From assembly GCA_963817955.1 (NCBI GenBank), contig CAWFQK010000001.1, positions 224,001-288,000 on the forward strand: a DNA stretch of 64,000 nt, read 5' to 3'. Shown here one piece after another: positions 10,681 to 20,441 of this stretch. Position 1 is the first letter of the stretch. Every line of letters starts with the position of its first letter. This stretch comes from an uncultured Gemmatimonadaceae bacterium (GTDB lineage Bacteria > Gemmatimonadota > Gemmatimonadetes > Gemmatimonadales > Gemmatimonadaceae). The translations under genes were made by a program, and so were the position numbers. The notes beneath the pieces are model-generated. The model worked only from the letters and a program-made list of their open reading frames with translations. It was not told the DNA's origin and ran no database searches.

Positions 10681-11913
10681 ATGCTGGCATTGGAAGTCTC
10701 CCCATGGACATTGCCGGAGACAGCGACGCCTCGCCGCCTGGAATTCCAGGGTGATCGCGCGGCCACGCCCAGCATCGATTGGTCGCGTCCTGGTCCCTGG
10801 ACCGTTACCTTCGCCGCTTGGACCGCCGTCGGACTGCTCAACATCGCGCAGGTGTTCGCGATGGCGCAGATGCCACTGGCATCCGGCGCGATGCGGCGCA
10901 TGATTCTGTCGCCGATGCTCGGCGTCTGGGTGTGGTCCCTCTATACGCCTCTGATCCTCGAGGCAGCCGTACGCCTGCGGCTCACTCGCCGCGATCTACC
11001 GCGCTCCATCGCGCTGCACGTGCTTGGCATTCTCGCGACTTGCGCGCTGGACGTGCTGTTCGACCGTTCCATCGGCGACGCCCTCACCGGTCGGTTGACC
11101 AGGACTCCGCTTCGAGCGTTCGAGGCCAAGCTGTTCATTGACAGCTTCAGCTATGCAGCGCTGGTTGCGGTCGGCCAGGCGCTCACGTATGCACGTCTGT
11201 ACCGCGAGCGCCTCGCGCACGAGGACGCCCTCAAACAGCAACTGCTCACGGCGGAGAATTCGCTGCTCCGCATGCAGCTCAACCCCCACTTCCTATTCAA
11301 CACCCTCAACGCGATCGCCGAGCTGATTCACCATGATGCCGACGGCGCGGACGAGATGGTGACGAAACTGGGGCAATTGCTGCGCTTCTCATTCGATGCG
11401 CTTCGTGAGCCGACCGTGCGCTTGGGGGAAGAGCTGGACTTCGTGGAGCAGTACCTCGGCATCATGCGGGTGCGCCTGCGCGGACGACTGTCCATTTCGG
11501 TGGTCGCGTCGCCGGATGCACGCGATGCGCAGATCCCGCCGCTGCTACTCCAGCCCCTCGTCGAGAACGCGCTTCGGCACGGCATCGAACGACGCGCCGG
11601 CGCGGGGCACCTGGAGATCGAAGCGCGCTGCACGCCCGGAGTGGACGACACGCTCGTCATCGAAGTGCGTGACGACGGCCCGGGTCTCATGGGCGATCCA
11701 TTCGCCGGCAACGGCATTGGTCTGCGGAACACACGCGGGAGGCTACAGCAGTTGTACGCCGAACGCGGGTCCTTGATGGTCCGCCCGAGAATGCCGCACG
11801 GCGTCATTGTCGCCATCCAGATGCCGTATATCGTGGAACAGCCCCCAGCGTACACGACCGAATGGGTTTCTCCGTCGGCACGGCGCTTCGAGCTGCAGAG
11901 CAGCTTGGCCTGA
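10681..11913 (+). CDS. LytS/YehU-family sensor histidine kinase
   Basis: Transmembrane helices, LRMQLNPHFLFNTLNAI, LQPLVENALRHG, DDGPG and GIGLRN. Confidence 0.93.
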   Translation: MLALEVSPWTLPETATPRRLEFQGDRAATPSIDWSRPGPWTVTFAAWTAVGLLNIAQVFAMAQMPLASGAMRRMILSPMLGVWVWSLYTPLILEAAVRLRLTRRDLPRSIALHVLGILATCALDVLFDRSIGDALTGRLTRTPLRAFEAKLFIDSFSYAALVAVGQALTYARLYRERLAHEDALKQQLLTAENSLLRMQLNPHFLFNTLNAIAELIHHDADGADEMVTKLGQLLRFSFDALREPTVRLGEELDFVEQYLGIMRVRLRGRLSISVVASPDARDAQIPPLLLQPLVENALRHGIERRAGAGHLEIEARCTPGVDDTLVIEVRDDGPGLMGDPFAGNGIGLRNTRGRLQQLYAERGSLMVRPRMPHGVIVAIQMPYIVEQPPAYTTEWVSPSARRFELQSSLA

Positions 11914-11929
11914 GAACGAAGGCGAGACC

Positions 11930-12802
11930 ATGACTGGAGTGACAGTGCCCCTGCCGCGGTTGCTCGAACCGCTCGGCGTAGTGATCGTAGATGACGAAGA
12001 GCTCGCGCGCGTGCGCCTCAATCGGCTGCTGTCCAAGGAGTCCGGCATCGAGGTGCTCGCCGACGCGGATTCCGGACGCGCCGCCGTCGAGGCAATCCGC
12101 CGCGAGCGGCCCGACGTCGTTTTCCTCGACGTACAAATGCCGGATACCGACGGCTTCGGTGTCATCGCCGAGCTGGGCGACGAGTTCACAGGCCAGGTGG
12201 TGTTCGTGACGGCGTTCGATGTACACGCGGTGCGCGCGTTCGCAGTCAGCGCCGTGGATTACCTCCTCAAACCGGTTGCCGCCGACCGCCTGCATGCCGC
12301 CATCGAGCGGGCGCGATCGGTGATCGCACAGCAAACGGTCGCCAAGCGCTACGCCGAGGTGCTCGCGGTGGTACAGAAGCCGGTCGGAGCGGCAACGACG
12401 CCGGCGCCATCCACCGCCGGCACGTCGGATGGCGGAACACTCGATTTGCCTGACGCGCAGACCGGGGGACCCACGGAGCGCTTCCTCGTCAAGTCGGCGA
12501 ACCGCGCGGTGCTCGTCAAGGCCGTAGACGTTGATTGGTTCGAGGCCGAGGCGAATTATGTGCGACTGCACGTCGGCACGCAGCGGCATCTCATCCGTGC
12601 CACGCTGTCCAGCCTCGATGCTTCACTCGATGCAACCCGCTTCGTTCGCATTCATCGTACGACAATCGTCAATCTGGATCGTGTGAAGGAGATCCAGCCC
12701 TGGTTCTCTGGCGATCACGTCGTCGTGCTCACCGACGGAACGAAGCTCCGAATGAGCCGATCCTACGCTGGTCGCTTGATGAGTCGGGTGCGGGCGGGTT
12801 GA
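11930..12802 (+). CDS. LytTR-family response regulator
   Basis: REC domain (IVDDE, FLDVQMP, DYLLKP) plus LytTR domain (FVRIHRTTIVN). Confidence 0.95.
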   Translation: MTGVTVPLPRLLEPLGVVIVDDEELARVRLNRLLSKESGIEVLADADSGRAAVEAIRRERPDVVFLDVQMPDTDGFGVIAELGDEFTGQVVFVTAFDVHAVRAFAVSAVDYLLKPVAADRLHAAIERARSVIAQQTVAKRYAEVLAVVQKPVGAATTPAPSTAGTSDGGTLDLPDAQTGGPTERFLVKSANRAVLVKAVDVDWFEAEANYVRLHVGTQRHLIRATLSSLDASLDATRFVRIHRTTIVNLDRVKEIQPWFSGDHVVVLTDGTKLRMSRSYAGRLMSRVRAG

Positions 12803-13583
12803 GCAAGGCGAGGGGCGGCCGCGCGCTCGTGATCGCCTGCGTGCGTCCCACGCTGTCGCGCAGCGCCCCCCTGATCAAGAAAGTGAACTCTTGTCCGACG
12901 AGTTGACGAACCGCTCGCCCGTTGATGCGTGCTGGAGAAAAACGCATCCCGGGAAGCGCCGCGCGCACAGCCGTCGCGAAGGCAGGCGCGGTCGCGCTGA
13001 GGATGATGAGCGTCGCCGTGTCCGCGACGCCGGTCGTGTCCACCACGTACGAGGTTGCCACCCGTCCCTCGATGCCGCGATGCAGCATCTCAATCGGGAA
13101 CTGTGGCGCTGCGCTGGACGCATCGCGAACCGCCACTGAATCCACCTGCACATTAGTGTAGACGCTGTCCCTCGCGGTCTCGCCGCCAACAGGCGAACGG
13201 TTCGGCTCAGCCAGCGGCGCCTGCTCGCCGGCCGATGATGTCCTGCCACCACGCACGTGCGGGCGCGCCGAAGGTACAGCCGTGAATCCGGTTCCACTGG
13301 CGAGAGGCAACTCGACGAACACCAGATGCTCGCGCGGTCCATGCCCCTCTGGCGTGCGCGGTGGCGGCGGAATGTAGTAGACGCGATTCGCGACCGAGCC
13401 CTCGGGCACGTCGACGCGCGCGCGCGTGGATACCACCGCGGTCGCGATGAGGGTCGCGTGGGCGGCCAAGCTGAGGAGCCAGGTGCTCCTATTGGTCGGG
13501 CGCGAGCGCGGCCAGGTGAAGCGAGTGCCTGACGTCAGCCGCGTGGGGTGCAGCGTGTGATGATGGTGTCTCGAGATCCGCAC
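12729..13583 (-). CDS. TonB-family energy transducer (start uncertain)
   Basis: SLAAH transmembrane helix, Pro-rich linker and TonB_C-like PQFP...GIEGRV...VVDTTG...FSPARINGRAVRQLV. Confidence 0.8.
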   Translation of the reverse strand: MRISRHHHHTLHPTRLTSGTRFTWPRSRPTNRSTWLLSLAAHATLIATAVVSTRARVDVPEGSVANRVYYIPPPPRTPEGHGPREHLVFVELPLASGTGFTAVPSARPHVRGGRTSSAGEQAPLAEPNRSPVGGETARDSVYTNVQVDSVAVRDASSAAPQFPIEMLHRGIEGRVATSYVVDTTGVADTATLIILSATAPAFATAVRAALPGMRFSPARINGRAVRQLVGQEFTFLIRGALRDSVGRTQAITSARPPLALLNPPAPDSSSDQRRIGSFGASFRR

Positions 13584-13762
13584 GATGTGCTCCGGTGGGC
13601 TAATGAATACGCTCGCCGAGCGGCGCGGCTCCGAGATTGGGATGAAAGGTTGGATGCTGGGATGAATGCCCATTCCGTCATGAAGCACAGCCGTACTTTG
13701 ACGTACAGCCTTGCAGTGGGGCGGCGACCGACCGCGCCGCGCTTTCCTTGACTCGCACGATC

Positions 13763-14539
13763 ATGACCCTCATTGGCCGCCGCGATTTCGTTCGGCAGGT
13801 CGTTTCGATGGCCGGTCTATCCGCCGTCGCCTCGTGCCTGCCACCGCCGACCGCGACGGCGCCCAGCCGGGACAGCGCCCGCCTCTCCGCTCGCCCGCTC
13901 GTGCCCACGCGCTCGGTGACGCCCGGCAGCCATTCGATAGGAATCTCCTCCGGACGAGACGGACTCCTCTACGTGCCCACGACCTACGACCCCGCTCACC
14001 CAACGGCGCTCGTCGTGGGACTTCACGGTGCCGGCGGCTCGGCATCGGGTCAGATGCAACTCCTCTCATCCTTCGCCGACACTCTGGATTTCGTGTTCCT
14101 CGCCATCGATTCCCGCGATCGAACGTGGGACGCGAGCTTCGGCGGCTTTGGGCCAGACGTCGCGTTCATCGACGACGCCCTCCATGCCACGTTCGAGCAG
14201 TGCGCGATCGCGCCGTCGCGTGCGTACCTCGAGGGATTCTCCGACGGCGCCTCCTACACGCTCGGCCTGGGTATAGAGAATGGTGACTTGTTCTCCCGGC
14301 TCGTGGCGTTTTCGCCTGGCTTCATTCCCCTCCTGCCCAACCCTCCCGTCGGTTCACCGAGTGTCTTTGTATCACACGGCGTTCAGGACACGATTCTGCC
14401 ATACGAGAACACCGCGCGGAGCATCGTGCCGAGACTCGAGGAGGCTGGCTATCCGGTGCAGTTCCAAACGTTCGACGGCCCACACACCGTCCCGTCGGAC
14501 ATTGCGGCCGCCGCCATGCAGTGGCTGATCCGACGCTGA
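13763..14539 (+). CDS. Tat-exported phospholipase/carboxylesterase (alpha/beta hydrolase)
   Basis: RRDFV twin-arginine motif, LHGAGG, GFSDG nucleophile motif, HGVQD and GPH. Confidence 0.85.
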   Translation: MTLIGRRDFVRQVVSMAGLSAVASCLPPPTATAPSRDSARLSARPLVPTRSVTPGSHSIGISSGRDGLLYVPTTYDPAHPTALVVGLHGAGGSASGQMQLLSSFADTLDFVFLAIDSRDRTWDASFGGFGPDVAFIDDALHATFEQCAIAPSRAYLEGFSDGASYTLGLGIENGDLFSRLVAFSPGFIPLLPNPPVGSPSVFVSHGVQDTILPYENTARSIVPRLEEAGYPVQFQTFDGPHTVPSDIAAAAMQWLIRR

Positions 14540-14541
14540 CC

Positions 14542-15603
14542 ATGTCGCGCGCTGCTCGCGTCGCTCGCATGCTCATGGTCGGCCTGCTTGCCCTCACGGC
14601 GCAGTGTGTCGTCCCACACAAGGCGCTGCGCGTGCTCGCCACCAGCCGAGCGGATGTGGTCGAGAGCCGGTGGGAGAGTGGGCATGTGCTCGTGAAGCTC
14701 TGGCTCGGCGACCGGCCCGTGTGGCTCCTGCTCGACACTGGCGCATCCGCGACGCTGCTCCGAACTTCCATCCTCGACGATGTCGGCGCGAAGCCGCTCG
14801 GTCAAGCCGAGCTGGTGAGCCTTGGGCATCGAGCCGCGATTCGCCTCTACACCGGAGGCACGCTGCGTATCGCCGCCCTCGAGGTGGATGTACCGTCGTT
14901 CGGCGCACTCGATGAGCCTGCCCCCGCGCTCGAGGGCCTGCGGGACGTCGACGGAATTGCCGGCTTCGACGTGATCGCTTGGTGCGTCATCGAGCTCGAC
15001 CCGCAGCGCCAGCTCGTGATGGCCGCGGCGCCGGGGCGCAACCTCACGAACGGAACGGATACGCATTTCCACCTGCACCAGAGAGTCCCGATCGTCGATG
15101 CCGAATTGGCCTTCGAGGACGGCACGACCGTTTGCGCTCCCTTCATCTTCGATCTCGGCTCGAATGCCGACGTGCAGTTACTCGGTTCCTTCGCCGCGCA
15201 GCACGGCTTGCGGTCACGGATCACCGAAGTCGGCCAGGCGGTTCACGCGGCCTTCGGTGCCGACGAGCGAGGCGTCGAAGGACGCGCGGCGACGCTCAGG
15301 ATTGGCCGCGGCGTGATGCAGAAGCCGAACGTGTTCATTGTCAGCGACAGCGCCGCCTCGTTCGGAATCGCCGACGTCGTCGGGACCATCGGCTTTGGCG
15401 TACTGAATCATTTCATCATTCGCCTCGACTATGCTGGCGATCGCATCGCCTTGATCCCCATCAACCTGCTCGCGTCGCGCGACACGTCCGGCTTGTGTGA
15501 CAAGCCCTCGATTCGGTGGCCGGGCATGTCTCCACGGTCCGGCGGCCCCCTCGTCATCCCCAGCATGGGCGGTCCGCGAAAAGTGGCCTGCCCGACGCGT
15601 TAG
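14542..15603 (+). CDS. Retropepsin-like aspartyl protease with two domains
   Basis: LLDTGAS...DGIAG and IFDLGS...GTIG motifs; signal peptide. Confidence 0.8.
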   Translation: MSRAARVARMLMVGLLALTAQCVVPHKALRVLATSRADVVESRWESGHVLVKLWLGDRPVWLLLDTGASATLLRTSILDDVGAKPLGQAELVSLGHRAAIRLYTGGTLRIAALEVDVPSFGALDEPAPALEGLRDVDGIAGFDVIAWCVIELDPQRQLVMAAAPGRNLTNGTDTHFHLHQRVPIVDAELAFEDGTTVCAPFIFDLGSNADVQLLGSFAAQHGLRSRITEVGQAVHAAFGADERGVEGRAATLRIGRGVMQKPNVFIVSDSAASFGIADVVGTIGFGVLNHFIIRLDYAGDRIALIPINLLASRDTSGLCDKPSIRWPGMSPRSGGPLVIPSMGGPRKVACPTR

Positions 15604-15636
15604 GTTGTGGTGAGGCCAACGCCAGCCACCGCACGA

Positions 15637-16068
15637 ATGTCAGACGAGCACTTTCGAAAACTCGAGCGGATGTATCTCGCCGCGCCCAATAACGAGTACT
15701 ATCGGCCGGCCATCCACATCGTTGATGCCGCCGCCGAGATTCGCATCGCGATTCGGCGAGACTTCTTCCATGCGGGCCATGCCGTCCACGGCAGTGTCTA
15801 CTTCAAGGCGCTGGACGATGCGACCTTCTTTGCCGCCAATTCGATCGTGCGCGATGTGTTCGTGCTCACCGTGAGCTTCAACCTCTATCTGCTTCGGCCA
15901 GTATCGGAGGGCGAGCTCGTGGCGTTCGGTAAGGTGGTGAGCCGTTCCAAGCGGCTCCTCGTCTGCGAAGGCAGCCTCACCGACGACCGCGGACGCGAGA
16001 TCGCGCGTGGGAGCGGAACGTTCATGCCGAGCACGATTGCACTGAACGAGGAAATCGGCTTCCGCTGA
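15637..16068 (+). CDS. PaaI-family thioesterase
   Basis: HGSVYFKALDD hotdog motif. Confidence 0.88.
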   Translation: MSDEHFRKLERMYLAAPNNEYYRPAIHIVDAAAEIRIAIRRDFFHAGHAVHGSVYFKALDDATFFAANSIVRDVFVLTVSFNLYLLRPVSEGELVAFGKVVSRSKRLLVCEGSLTDDRGREIARGSGTFMPSTIALNEEIGFR

Positions 16069-16138
16069 CGGTATTGTCGCGGCGAAGGACCGAGGAATGC
16101 ACACAACCCCGGTTGCACTACCTATCCCATTCGCGCCG

Positions 16139-17327
16139 TCAATCCCCACCGCGAAATCCAAGCGCCCTCCATAACGTTTCAACATCAAACCGCAGCTCCC
16201 GAGCGCGGCGGAGCGCGGCGGGCGCGAGCGATGATCTGCTCCGCACCGGTCTCGTCGCGGAGCCGAAACGTCACGAGGGAATCGAGGTATGATGTGAGCG
16301 CCGACCGCAACGTATCCGCCCTCTGCACAGAGTTGGACTCGGCGCGCATCCGGCCATCGCCGATCACCACGCGACCGATAATGGTGTTGTCCCAGTCTTT
16401 CATCGTTGCATTGCCTGGTTTGGTGATGGTCACGACGACCGAGCCGTCGTCGCCCTCTTCCGGTTCAATGGCGCCAGGAAAGGTGGCCAGGCGCGCGACG
16501 ACCGCCCGTTCTGCGTCGGCAAGCACATCGAAGTGATCAGTCGTCAACACCAGAGGATCGCCGTCAGTGTTCGTGAGGGTTGGCGGCATCACCGGCCGAT
16601 TCGCGAGGGCACGCCAGACATCGATCAGTTGAAGCTGCACCTGTGGATCGCGCAGTCGCTCAGGACGCACAGGCCTGGTGCGCACTCGGCAAATTCGGCG
16701 TGCCTCGCGGATCGCGACGTCTGCATCGCGTGGAGCCAGCGATCGTGGATGAATCCCCGCCAGAAACGAAACCCCCTCTACGTCCACCACACGGCCGAGC
16801 AGCGCGTCACGCATGCTCAGAGTTCGCGAGGCGTTGATCTCGTACACAAAGCGCTCTTCGTGGGTGAGCATATCCTTCATGGCCATGCCGACACCCGGCT
16901 CTACACGCTGGACTTCCCAGATGCCGAGCCAGGACTCGAGCTGTGCAGCGAGCAGATAGTGCAGCGTGGGGGGCAGTGGCACGTCGGACCTGTCGAACAC
17001 GACTTGCGCGACTGACCTGTCGCTTTCAGGCAGGGGAAAATGAAACACCGTCCACGGGGCGGCAAGCTGAATCTCCTCTTCCACCGTATCGGGACTTGTA
17101 GGGTCCGCGTATTCGTCGAGTGCAAGACCAAGCCAGGACTTGCCGAATCGGTCGCGAGCGAAGCGCATCAGCCGGTCGAATAGGCGGCTGTCGTCGGCTT
17201 TCACCGACTCAGCGCGTGCCACGTCCGCCCGCCGCGGGGCCGCCGTGGTGGTCACGCGACTGCAGCATTTCTTGAACTTCTTTCCGCTCCCGCACGGGCA
17301 GGGGTCGTTTCGCTCAGTCTTCATCAA
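16139..17327 (-). pseudogene. SEC-C motif protein, probably with an internal C-terminal deletion and frameshift
   Basis: RNDPCPCGSGKKFKKCC N-terminus. The ORF stops at 16185, but another frame reads ELRFDVETLWRALGFRGGD* to 16139. Confidence 0.6.
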
Positions 17328-17464
17328 GAGGTCACCTATTTCCTTCCGGAAATGACCGCCGGCAAACGGCCCCTACCGCCTCAACCACCGAATCTCCCCA
17401 CCGAACTATCGCGAAGTTAACGGACCCATTGGACGCCTACCCTCTCACCGGATATCGTTGTGCC

Positions 17465-18550
17465 ATGAATCAACCGAATCTTCTCTGGCTGAGCCGCGCC
17501 CTGTCCCCCGCCCTGGTCCTCGCCACTCTGTCGTTCTCCCAAGCCGTCGTCCTCAACGCACAGCGAGCGTCTCCCCCCGAGGTCCTCGTCCTCGCGACCG
17601 GCGGCACCATCGCCTCCACGGGCAATTACTACGGCGACCGCGGCGGCAACGTCGTTCATGTCTCCGTCGACCAGCTCGTCAAGGCCGCCCCTGGCATCGA
17701 CAAAGTGGCGACGCTCTCCGCCGAGCAGTTCTCCAATGTCGCGTCGGGCTCCATCGGCCCCACGCAATGGCTCAATCTATCGAGGCGCATTAGCGCAGTG
17801 CTTACCGAGCGTCCGCAATTGGCTGGCGTCGTCGTCACCCACGGCACTGACACTATGGAAGAGACCGCATACTTCCTCGACCTCACGGTTGCCAGCGATC
17901 ACCCGGTGATCGTCACCGGCTCCATGCGGCCAGCCGATGGTATCGGTGCCGATGGGCCGGCGAACCTGTTCAACGCCGTTCGCGCCGCGGCGGCGCCTGC
18001 CTCACGAGCACGGGGCGCGATGGTGTTGATGGATGACCGGCTGTACGCGGCGCGCGAAGTCACGAAGACGAACACGACACGCGTCGAAACGTTTCAGGCG
18101 CCCGAGCACGGTCCGCTTGCCATTGCCGATCACGACACGCTCCTGTTCAACCGCCGCGCGCCGTCGGCTCGGCGGACATTCGACATCTCACATGTGAACG
18201 AACTGCCGCGTGTCGACATCATCTATTCGTATGGCGGGGCCGACAGCGTGTTGATCGATGCGGCCGTGGCGGCCGGCGCCAAGGGGCTCGTCGTCGCCGG
18301 GGTCGGCGCGGGCGGACTCGCGTCCGGTCAGAGTGGCGCGATCAGACGTGCAGCCCAGAAGGGGGTCGCGATTGTCATGGGCAGCAGAACCGGCTCCGGG
18401 CGCGTGAGCGGATCCGGGCGCGGCAGCATCGCCGCGGGCGATCTGAACGTCCAGCACGCGCGCATCTTGCTGATGCTCGCGCTCACTCAGACACGCGATC
18501 AGACGGAGCTCGCGAAGATATTCGCCGCACACACCGGCGGCGAACAGTAA
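17465..18550 (+). CDS. Secreted type II L-asparaginase
   Basis: ATGGTIA and HGTDTMEET motifs; signal peptide. Confidence 0.93.
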   Translation: MNQPNLLWLSRALSPALVLATLSFSQAVVLNAQRASPPEVLVLATGGTIASTGNYYGDRGGNVVHVSVDQLVKAAPGIDKVATLSAEQFSNVASGSIGPTQWLNLSRRISAVLTERPQLAGVVVTHGTDTMEETAYFLDLTVASDHPVIVTGSMRPADGIGADGPANLFNAVRAAAAPASRARGAMVLMDDRLYAAREVTKTNTTRVETFQAPEHGPLAIADHDTLLFNRRAPSARRTFDISHVNELPRVDIIYSYGGADSVLIDAAVAAGAKGLVVAGVGAGGLASGQSGAIRRAAQKGVAIVMGSRTGSGRVSGSGRGSIAAGDLNVQHARILLMLALTQTRDQTELAKIFAAHTGGEQ

Positions 18551-18592
18551 CGCCTCGCCGTCCACAGGAATCCGACTCGAGCGATCACGTTC

Positions 18593-19006
18593 ATGAAACT
18601 CTTCACGTATCTCAACTACGGCGGCAACTGCCGACAGGCGTTCGAATTCTACGCGGCGCACCTCGGCGGCAAGATCACGATGCTCCGCACCCACGGCGAG
18701 CAGCCTGACGCAGACAACATTCCGTCCGACTGGAAGAACACCGTGCTGCACGCACGCATGGAATTGGGGGAGACATCGATCCTCGGCGCGGACGTCCCTC
18801 CGGATCGGTATCAGCCCATGCGCAGTGCATATCTCACCTTGATGCTGGACAGCAGCGCCGAGGCGGAGCGCATCTATGCACTGCTGTCGGAGGGCGGCGA
18901 GATCTTCATGCCGATCGCCGAAACGTTCTTCGCCACTCGGTTCGCCATGCTGCGCGACCGGTTCGGCACGTCGTGGATGCTACTGCACGAACGCACGATG
19001 CCGTAG
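18593..19006 (+). CDS. VOC/PhnB-family protein
   Basis: YLNYGGNCRQAFEFY...DRFGTSWM. Confidence 0.9.
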   Translation: MKLFTYLNYGGNCRQAFEFYAAHLGGKITMLRTHGEQPDADNIPSDWKNTVLHARMELGETSILGADVPPDRYQPMRSAYLTLMLDSSAEAERIYALLSEGGEIFMPIAETFFATRFAMLRDRFGTSWMLLHERTMP

Positions 19007-19208
19007 AGGCGGCTTGCAGCGATCTGTCGGCTCTCATCGCCTCTCCGACGCGTGGTGAGATTGAGTCGCGCATTGCGCTCATTGCGGCAATCGTGCAGGG
19101 GTCCTGGCTCGCAAAGCCACTCTCGCCGGCCGGTGCAGCGTGGATTGGCCCCCCGGGTGTCGACCGGCTGGGTGCCGCTGGCTGCTCCGTAGCGGTCGGC
19201 CCGCCGGT

Positions 19209-19278
19209 CGGCGAGGTTCGAGTTTCCAGTGGTGAGTTGTGCGTTGTGAGTGTCTCGTGTCCCGCGGCCCGCGGCCCG
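19209..19278. repeat. Degenerate heptamer tandem tract
   Basis: cggcgag gttcgag tttccag tggtgag ttgtgcg ttgtgag tgtctcg tgtcccg cggcccg cggcccg. Confidence 0.6.
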
Positions 19279-19355
19279 GTCAGGCTCGAGATGTAAGAAA
19301 CCGGCGGCGTCGGCAACCAATATCAGTAGAGCACCCACTACCGCTAGGACGCCAC

Positions 19356-19862
19356 GTGCCGACCACCCAGGAACAGATCTTCCTCGACCTCGTCCGCGAG
19401 AACGCGGCGCGATTGGGAAAGATCTGCCGCGCCTATACGCGAGACGCCGATGAGCAGGAGGATCTCCGCCAAGAGATGCTCCTGCAGCTCTGGCGATCGC
19501 TGCCGTCGTTCGCTGGCGGGTCGTCGGCCGGCACCTGGCTCTATCGCGTCGCGCTGAACACGGCGCTCGCATTCACTCGGCGACGCTCTGCACGCCGCGA
19601 GACGGCGCTGGACGATACCGACGTGGCGTCCGACAACCCGCGCGCCGACGAACAGCTCGAGTCGGAGCAGCGCGCCGAAGGCCTTCACGAGGCAATCGAT
19701 CGGTTGGGACCAATCGACAAGATGCTCGTCGCCATGCTCCTCGACGACAGGAGTTATCGCGACATGGCCGACGTGCTCGGGATGAGCGAGAGCAACGTCG
19801 GCGTCAAGCTGCACCGAATCAAGAAGACGCTGGCCACGTGGCTGGCACGGGAGATGGCATGA
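19356..19862 (+). CDS. ECF sigma-70 factor
   Basis: EDLRQE, TWLYRVALN, SYRDMADVLG and VGVKLHRIK; GTG start inferred. Confidence 0.92.
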   Translation: MPTTQEQIFLDLVRENAARLGKICRAYTRDADEQEDLRQEMLLQLWRSLPSFAGGSSAGTWLYRVALNTALAFTRRRSARRETALDDTDVASDNPRADEQLESEQRAEGLHEAIDRLGPIDKMLVAMLLDDRSYRDMADVLGMSESNVGVKLHRIKKTLATWLAREMA

Positions 19863-20404
19863 ACACGACGTTGACGAATGAAGAGATCCTGGCGCTGGTG
19901 CGATCGAAGTCGCGGAAGCTCCAGTGGCAGATCCGTATGCGCGACTGGCGCGAGACAATCGCCAGCCTCATCGTCATCGCATTCCTCGCACCTGCAGCCA
20001 TCCACGGGAATCTGCTGAGCCGAACCGGCGTTGGAGTCGTCGTCGGAGGTCTGATCTTCATCGGCGTCAAGCTCCATCGCGCGCGAAGCGGCCGCACGCC
20101 TGGCATGGACGCGCCGGTCGCGGTGGTGCTTCGCGCCGATCGTGAGCGTATCGACGCGCAAATCATGCTGCTGGAGAGCGTGCTCTCCTGGTACATCGCG
20201 CCAATCATGATTGGATCGATCCTCATCGTCGCATCCGTGCGTGCGCCATGGGTGTTTATGGCCGGCTACGTCGTGATCGTCGCGTTGCTCTCATGGGGGA
20301 TTCAGCGGCTGAACGCGTTCGCTGCTCGCAGTTACCTGCGTCCCCGCCGCGACGAGCTAACGGCGCTGTTGTCGCAAATCGAATCGAGCGAGGTCTCGAC
20401 ATGA
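19859..20404 (+). CDS. Membrane protein, putative anti-sigma partner
   Basis: Four hydrophobic segments; ATGA overlap with the sigma factor gene. Confidence 0.7.
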   Translation: MNTTLTNEEILALVRSKSRKLQWQIRMRDWRETIASLIVIAFLAPAAIHGNLLSRTGVGVVVGGLIFIGVKLHRARSGRTPGMDAPVAVVLRADRERIDAQIMLLESVLSWYIAPIMIGSILIVASVRAPWVFMAGYVVIVALLSWGIQRLNAFAARSYLRPRRDELTALLSQIESSEVST

Positions 20405-20441
20405 CGAATACACGAATTCGGTTCACCTGCTCGGAGCACGT

